Part shown: piece by piece, positions 56,688 through 64,000 of the stretch | Layout: the number at the start of each line of letters is the position of its first letter | Numbering within the stretch: position 1 is the first letter of the stretch | Assembly: GCA_951406725.2 (NCBI GenBank) | Contig: OX597832.1 | Coordinates: 62,310,001-62,374,000 of the forward strand | DNA: 64,000 nucleotides | Reading direction: 5' to 3' | From: Octopus vulgaris | Lineage: Eukaryota | Position numbers and translations under genes: made by a program | Notes under the pieces: generated by a model | Seen by the model: the letters and a program-made list of their open reading frames with translations, nothing else | What the model was told of the DNA's origin: nothing | Databases searched by the model: none

Positions 56688-56691
<4 letters not shown>

Positions 56692-56818
56692 GTCCTTTTT
56701 CGTATCGTATAACAGTCCGGATTTTTGTTGTCGCCTGATTTGCTCTTCTTCCATTTTTTGTTTTCTTTATTATATATGCAATAGCAGCGTACGTACACTT
56801 TTGGTCTCCTGTATAAAG

Positions 56819-56876
<58 letters not shown>

Positions 56877-57760
56877 TAATCCAAACAAGAAAGCACAAAA
56901 AAAACACAACAACGCGAGGACGTGGAACAAATATAGTATTATTGGACGCTGAGGAAAGAAGGAAAGAAGGAGGGTTTAACGTTTCGAGCGGAGCTCTTCG
57001 TCGGAAACATAGGAGAAGGAAAGATCCAGAAAAGGGAAGACAGAGGGAAAAAAATCACGGTCACATAAATTCTGTACGACTCTCTCACTCTTTCTATTAA
57101 TCCCCTCCACACTTTCTTCGTTCTTTCCACTTTTCGTTTTATGCCTCCCCCTCTCTCACATTTCTTGTCCTTCCCTTAATTCTCACTTTCCCTCCTATTT
57201 CCCCTCACTGTCCCTTTCCTTTCTTTTTTCTTTTCCTCTCTTTCTCTTCCCTCCCTAATTCTTCCATCCCTCTTCCCCTATTTCTCGCCTCTCTTTCCAC
57301 GTGGCCAGTGTTCCGCCAAGCCTGACCTTTCTTTCTTGGTTCCATCCATGTAGCATCTCTTACATACCTTCCCATGACTTTCATATTTTATGTCCCCGCC
57401 ATAAGGCTTCACTTCCACACACGCCAGCTTAATTTAATTCGTCCTTGATCGAAAGACACCTGTTCCTTGTATTTGTAACCGTGTAGCATTTCTCCGTCTT
57501 TTCATCCTTGTTTTCGTATACATTCGCTTGCTTTCTTCTAAGGAATCTAGTGCTCTCAGCTTAGATTTTCTTGGGGCCAGCCAGATTGGAGCAGTCTCGA
57601 ACGTAACCGGCCGAAACTGCTAAGATAATATGGGATTTGACTGAGGATAGGAAGCTCTGAATGACCTGTACTTGCTTTTTCCTGTCGTTATTGTATATTC
57701 TAACTGTCCGGATGTTTTGTTGTCGCCTGTTACGTTCTTGAACTATTTTTGTTTTCTTTG
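56688..57760. mobile_element. Composite of Penelope-like terminal fragments in (TA)n
   Basis: Direct repeat GTCCGGAT.TTT.GTTGTCGCCTG at ~56715 and ~57706; minus-strand hammerhead at 56974-57008; absent from the paralogous segment at ~60860. Confidence 0.6.
56974..57008 (-). ncRNA. Minimal hammerhead motif with C4 core variant
   Basis: GTTT-CCGACGA-A-GAGC-TCC-GCTC-GAAACGTTA-AAC: stem I, stem II, palindromic AACGTT. Confidence 0.65.
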
Positions 57761-58179
57761 ATATATATATATACGTATAAGGATATTATATATATGCATA
57801 TATATGTGCATAGATATATACGTATATATAGAAAGAGTTATATATACACGCATATATATATATATATATATATAGATAGATAGATACATCCATACACACA
57901 TTATACACACACACATACACACACCACACGTACACACTGACATAAACACATATACTCGCACAGAGTTGAAATGTTGTTTGATTTTCCATTTCAGGGTTGA
58001 ATGTTCACCATCCCACCAGTTTGCCATCACCCTTTCCTTTCTCATTCATATGTTGTGACGGAGAAAAACAAAAGTATATTATTATAGTAGATAATTATTG
58101 TAGATAGAAGAGTAAAAGATTAAAATAGTTTGTCTTTTGTTTCCAAATAGCATCACTTGAGTTGTTCGATTTAAATTTG

Positions 58180-58365
58180 CTTATAATGAAAAATGTTTGG
58201 ATTATTCAGTTTTCTTCCTCCGTATTCAGATGTGAGGCAAATTTCCATAATTTAAGACGATCCTTTTCAAACATTCTGCAATTTGTGAACAGTTCTGATC
58301 TCGTGTTTAGATAATTAGCCGATGTTTTGTCGTTATTTATATTGAGGTTTCTCTCATCACCACCT
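58180..58365 (-). pseudogene. Penelope-like ORF extreme C-terminus
   Basis: NYLNTRSELFTNCR matches the PLE terminal motif LN.RSEL...CRH. Confidence 0.55.
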
Positions 58366-58423
58366 GTGCAAATTTAATTTTGTTCCGATGAGAGAGGATT
58401 TGGTAGCTGAAAGAAATCCGTCG

Positions 58424-58482
<59 letters not shown>

Positions 58483-58820
58483 ATGTGTATATATATATAT
58501 ATATATATACATGTATTGATGTGTGTGCGCGCATGTTAGTGTGTGCGTGCGCGTGTTAATACTCAAAGAGTTTCCACCGAATCAATTTTATGTTATTGTA
58601 AATGTTATTTGTAGCTTACCAATTTTGTTTTAGTGTTCTTTTTTGTATATCTGAGCGAATATATACGACTTATATTGTGCTACATTAATTTGTTATCTAT
58701 CGTTCAAATGTAAGCGCTCGCGCTTTCTAGAGTAGTTACGTTTACGTAACCACACAATACGATTTTTATGATATATATGTATGTGTGTGATATAAATATA
58801 AATATAAATATATATATATG

Positions 58821-58886
<66 letters not shown>

Positions 58887-59109
58887 ATATAAATATATAT
58901 GTGCATTCCGAGCTATATGTTATCACTTAAGCACTGAGTGATAGAATGTATGAACACGAATTCAAGTGGTTGCACGTGTAGTTAACCACCTGAAATGTGT
59001 TTGCGTCTGACTTATAGTTATCATGTTACGAGTGGCGCAGTAAACTACTTCTGTAATATTCCTAATAACCGAACACATTTTTTTATTTTTTTATCACTAA
59101 TTATCTTTT

Positions 59110-59480
59110 ATTTTTTATCTTTTACTTGTTTTTTTTTATCTTGTTTCGCTGCCTTGAGGAATTTTAGTCGAACGAATCGACACCAGGAGGTTTATTTTTT
59201 TAAGCCTTGTACTTAATTTATCGGTCGCTTAAACTCAATCTCTAAGTTAGGAGGATACTGCTTGTCAAGCAGTGGTTGGGGCACAAACACAGACACAAAG
59301 ACCCACCCATACACACAAAAACACACGCACGCACATACACATCAGTATATGTATATTTATATATATGCATATATTACGGGCTTCTTTCAGTTTCCATCTA
59401 CCAAATCCACTCTCAAGTTATAATAGAAAACACTTGCCCTATAAGTGGTTGAGAAGTAGATTTTTTAACACACATCCACG
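59110..59480 (-). mobile_element. Family B SINE, diverged
   Basis: CTTGTCAAGC..GGGCACAAACACAGACAC..GGGCTTCTTTCAGTTTCCATCTACCAAATCCACTC. Confidence 0.75.
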
Positions 59481-61058
59481 TTTGCCCTTAAGCCACAAGA
59501 ATAACGAAATAACGATATTGACCACTCCTGATTTCGATCCTAGGCGAGTCGTATCACCTTCCAACGACTTTCCGGTGATTTAACGCCCGGTGTTATGAGG
59601 GAGTCGACCCCAAATTTCTATACCCCTGTGAACCGGCGAACAAGCAAAACACATACAAAACACAAACATATACATTCAGTATGTGCGGTCGATAACGTTT
59701 ACCACGCGAGCGTTGCTTTTCATTCGTTATTGTTAATTGTTGAATACTCATACTCATAGCACAGTGTAAGTATTGTTATATTTGTACCTGTTACATATAG
59801 AAACATAATTATGATTATGAGCTTCCCCTTGTCAATAAGATATCTCCCATCTAATGATAGAATTATTTTCAAAGTCTTGTTTGGTGGGCGTCCCCAATCG
59901 ATGTTAACAAACGTTAAATTTTCATCTGATTTACCGTTTTTTTCAATACGGGAATAAATTTTGACGTTATTTAAACAAATTTACAACTTTTAGGTCAGTA
60001 ATTTCTGTTTTGAGAACAAGATAAAAACTTTTGAAAAAGGTCTTTCCTGGATCTATATAGTGTGCGTACATTGGTTTGAATGATTCGGCCAGATCATCGT
60101 CTCTGGATAATCCGCTTTTAATGCATTTAGTGTAAATATTGGCTGACGCGCTGACATTTGCTTGAACCAATCAATCGGTCTCAACTTGCCATCAAATATA
60201 CATTTGGGATTCGAACTTTTCCCCAAACTGAATATCGGTGAAGCACGTATAAGGATTTGTACTTCATTATCAGTTGTTAAATAAATCTAACGTTTTTGTG
60301 AGCAAATTTTTAAAAATTATTCCACAGCATCTGACTGAGACAACTTCATGTGTGATTTTTAGTATTGTGCTACTGTACATATGCCAGATGTAGTTATTTA
60401 ATAGGATCAACTTAAAACTGAAATACAGCTGTGCCCCTTAGCGAGAAATGTTATATAGTTAAATATTAATAGAGACAAACTGCATACGCAAGAACAGAAT
60501 GCAAAATTGTGTAATAGTAAACTTATTATATGCGAAGCAGAAGACGTGGCAGTTAGACCTTCCTTAAACCAGATGGTAATCTAGACCGGGAATTCTAACT
60601 TCAGATGGTGAAACGGTTATCAGAATAACCTTATTTTTTGTTTCAAACATTCAATACACAACGCAAAAAGTTTCGACGACGTATTATCTATTAACGCTTT
60701 ACTGGCGGACGCATAGTCATCTTCGGATATGTATACACAGTAAACGGCTACATACACACATATGTATCCTTGTATGTGTACGTATATATATGTGTGCGTG
60801 TGCGCGTGTGCGTGGTGTATGTGTTAGCATACCTACAGAAACATATATTAGAATATATATATATTTATATATATATATATGCATATATATGTGCATAGAT
60901 ATACACGTATATATATATATATATACACATATATATATATACATACACACACATATATATATATGTATACACAGGTACACGCGTACACATAACTGTATCA
61001 ACCGGTTGTCCAACACCGTTTGTGGCTGTGAGCTTCACTTTATGTTGGATCCTGAATA

Positions 61059-61104
61059 TCTCTGATCAAGGGATATCCTTAATATCCCAGAAACAGCTGT
61101 AAGA
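61059..61104 (+). ncRNA. Minimal hammerhead motif, probably inactive (G8C)
   Basis: TCT-CTGATCA-A-GGGATAT-CCTTA-ATATCCC-A-GAAACAGCTGTA-AGA. Confidence 0.65.
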
Positions 61105-61291
61105 CTAATTTTCTCTTCATAAATCTCCTAAATATTCCACACGCCCTTGGCTTTGTTGTCTCATTTTATTTAACATATACATGCTCAGACAAGACCCGCA
61201 TTAGACTCCTCACTTGTATTATTATCGAAACGAGAGTTTAACTACATGGCGTTAAGGTCTCTTTCTTTCTTTTGTTATCTTACCGTTTTTA

Positions 61292-61334
<43 letters not shown>

Positions 61335-61344
61335 TATATGTATG

Positions 61345-61429
<85 letters not shown>

Positions 61430-61431
<2 letters not shown>

Positions 61432-61622
61432 TTTACCATGTTGTACCGGTGAATTTTTTTTTTACATTCTCCTTCTGTCTATTTTCTCTTATTCATTTCT
61501 ATTGAAGAGTGTAGGCTCGAAAGATAAAAGACTTTTCCATTTCTTCCGAGCGTCGAACTAATACACTTGCTTGTTGTTCATACACCTGTTTTCGCGTTTT
61601 GCATTTCCGTAAATTTCTACTA
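61430..61622 (+). mobile_element. Penelope-like terminal fragment with degenerate hammerhead
   Basis: TTGAA-GAGT-GTAG-GCTC-GAAAGATAAAAG at ~61502-61530; flanked by (TA)n. Confidence 0.45.
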
Positions 61623-61646
61623 TAAATATATATGTGTATATATATT

Positions 61647-61683
<37 letters not shown>

Positions 61684-61734
61684 TCATATACATAAACATA
61701 TGTATATATGTATATATTTGTGTATCGGTGTACC

Positions 61735-61920
61735 CACCCTCGCTATCGCTTCACGATCGCTGCTGGTGTGTTTACGTCTCCTTCTAAACTAGTGATTCGT
61801 CAAAAGAAACCGATAGAATAAGTAAAAGGAATTAGTGCCAGGATCAATTTCCTTCGACTAAAGGCGGTGCTCCAGCATGGCTGCAATCAAATGACTGAAA
61901 GAAGTAAATGAAATAAAAAG
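61735..61920 (+). mobile_element. Family B SINE 3' half
   Basis: GCTGGTGTGTTTACGTC...AAGGCGGTGCTCCAGCATGGCTGCAATCAAATGACTGAAA. Confidence 0.8.
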
Positions 61921-62746
61921 AAAAATGAGAAGGAAAAGCAGATTGCGATTATTTCACAGTGATGACTCAATGTGGATTAAGATACGTGCGTAGAATAAGG
62001 CGAGATTTAGAACGAGAGAAAGAAACGGAGAGAACGTGAGAAAATCAGACAATTAGATTATATGGGAAACTAGAAGAAAATCATAAATGATGACAGAATG
62101 TCCAAATTTACGAGAATTTGAATTTTGAGTTTCGCAAATGAAGAATATGAAAATATGACAATGTGTTTGATAAAATCATATTGAGACATAATGTGATACA
62201 AGACACACACACATAAGACGGTGTGTGATAAAAGAAGATCATTATAAGAGAATAATATGTGAATGGGAAAATATATTATGAAGGAATCGATGAAATAATG
62301 GAGGCATGTGGAATTCTTCACTTTTAGATGATATGGACAATGATGACATAGAATGAAAGAAAAGGGGAATAATAGAACATGTACACGAAAGAGTGAAACT
62401 GTTTTATCCATTTCGGAACGTAGAAAAGTTCTCACATTGACGTTTCTTGTATTATTTCTTGTATATTAAAATAACTAAAATTTTTCGTCGCACTTCTGTG
62501 GCCTGCACTTCAGCAGCGAAATGTATCATAATGTATTTGCTCAAATGAACCAATTATCCCAGGTTAAATCTTTGCAGATTTCATATTCCTAACCATCGCA
62601 GAAACAAATTTAAGAGGATTGTGTTTTTTCGACTTTTTCATCAGCTTTCTTCACAATCCTTGTATCAAATAGACATGATGGATCAGTATAGAAATCATCA
62701 TCATCATAATAATAATAATTATTGTGGTTGTTGTTGTTGTTGTTGT

Positions 62747-62985
62747 TAAGGCGGCGAGCTGGCAGAATCGTTAGCACGCAGGTCGAAATGATAATTGGTA
62801 TTTCGTGTGTCAACACATTGTGAGTTCAAATGCCGGTGGTGTCGACTTTACCTTTCATTTTTTCGGGTCGATAGAATAAGTACCAGTAATCGATGTAATC
62901 GACTAAATCCCTTCCCCAAAAATTTCCGGCCGCGTGCCTATAATAGAAAGGATTATTGTTATTATTATTATTATTATTATTATTG
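62747..62985 (+). mobile_element. Family A SINE with CCCAAAAATTT..TAGAAAGG tail and (TTA)n
   Basis: AAGGCGGCGAGCTGGCAGAATCGTTAGC...TAATAGAAAGGATTATT. Confidence 0.85.
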
Positions 62986-62989
62986 CTAT

Positions 62990-63190
62990 TATTGCCGGCA
63001 TCATCATCGCCATCGTCGTCATTCTCAACTTCATCCTCTTCCTCATCACCCTCGCTGCCGTGGTCATCATCGCCATCAGCATCAACACCATCAGCATCGT
63101 CGTAAAGGTGAGGAATATCCTGGAGATGATGGAACAGTGGTGTTGTCACAGAAGTAGCAACAGCAGCAGCAGCAGCAGCAGTAGTAGCAA

Positions 63191-63271
<81 letters not shown>

Positions 63272-63515
63272 GAGTAGCGTTCTCGATGACATCAGGGAGA
63301 ATGGGCAAAGATTAAGGAGTTCGAAATTGTGATGCTAACAATAGTGGTGGCGGTGGTGGTGGTGGTATTGGTAAAGGTGATGGTGGTCGAGGACTGCTGC
63401 GGCAGCGGCGGTGGTTGTGGGGGGTATGATGGGGGCGTCGACGTCGGTGGTGGTGGTGGTGGTGGTGGTGGTGGTGGTGGAGGTGGTGGTGGTGGTGGCG
63501 ATTGTGGTGGTGTCG
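62990..63515. repeat. Compound trinucleotide microsatellites (CAT, CAG, TAG, GGT)
   Basis: Direct inspection. Confidence 0.9.
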
Positions 63516-64000
63516 TTGACGACATCGATGCATTATTATTGCATTAAGAGAGAAACCAATCTTATTTTCCTTCCGCAGCTTACTCTGGGATTCTGACTGG
63601 AGGCAACTCAGAGACTGCGACATCAAAATAAACCTTCGCTCGCCCTCCCGCTACAACAACGCCCCCAAACGCACACAGACACACTCTCCCACGCCGTTGA
63701 CAATCGCAAACACATACAAACCAAACCACAAACCACACACAAACATAGACACACATCAAAGGGCTAATTGTGTAGTTATAATTAAAACTCCTAATATCCT
63801 TCGAGATTTGCTTATTAAATCAGGTGGAACTTAACAAGTCCTCAACAAGCCTTAATACGTTCATATTCCATCTCATTCCTCTTCTACAGCTTCACTGTGA
63901 GGACGCCGCCATTCATAGATCGGCGTTTATTAATTAACATCGCTTTCATTTTAACCTCTCTCTCCTTTCTCTGCTCCTCTCTCTCCCTCTCTCCTTCTAT

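Noticed and set aside
62626-62645. Minus-strand CTGATGA-AAAAGTC-GAAA
   Set aside because: No stem II or stem I pairing; probably chance in AT-rich DNA
63555-63930. Splice-acceptor-like TTTTCCTTCCGCAG and TTCCTCTTCTACAG
   Set aside because: No matching donor or recognisable exon peptide

Overview
AT-rich, microsatellite-dense eukaryotic DNA. The repeat content resembles an octopus/cephalopod genome; that assignment is my inference. I cannot support any host-gene exon, and nearly all listed ORFs are translations of (TA)n/(CA)n/(TAA)n/(TAG)n tracts. The only long real ORF (24822-26333) is the 3' half of an R4/Dong-clade RLE non-LTR retrotransposon inserted in (TAA)n. A second 5'-truncated copy and two other Dong-like families are also present. 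The window also holds about 30 tRNA-derived SINE copies from three families, 3' fragments of Tx1 and CR1/L2-type LINEs, decayed mariner/Tc1/piggyBac/hAT relics and many Penelope-like fragments. The most notable non-standard signal is a set of sequence-unrelated short elements in (TA)n. Two are near-perfect ~125-bp inverted repeats enclosing a minimal type-I hammerhead ribozyme motif (17874-18363, 42207-42672), one with a compensatory U3-A8 core. A head-to-head double hammerhead-like hairpin lies at 38637-38757, and further hammerhead motifs occur elsewhere. One SINE family also forms concatemers with the same junction at independent loci. SINE and relic boundaries are approximate.
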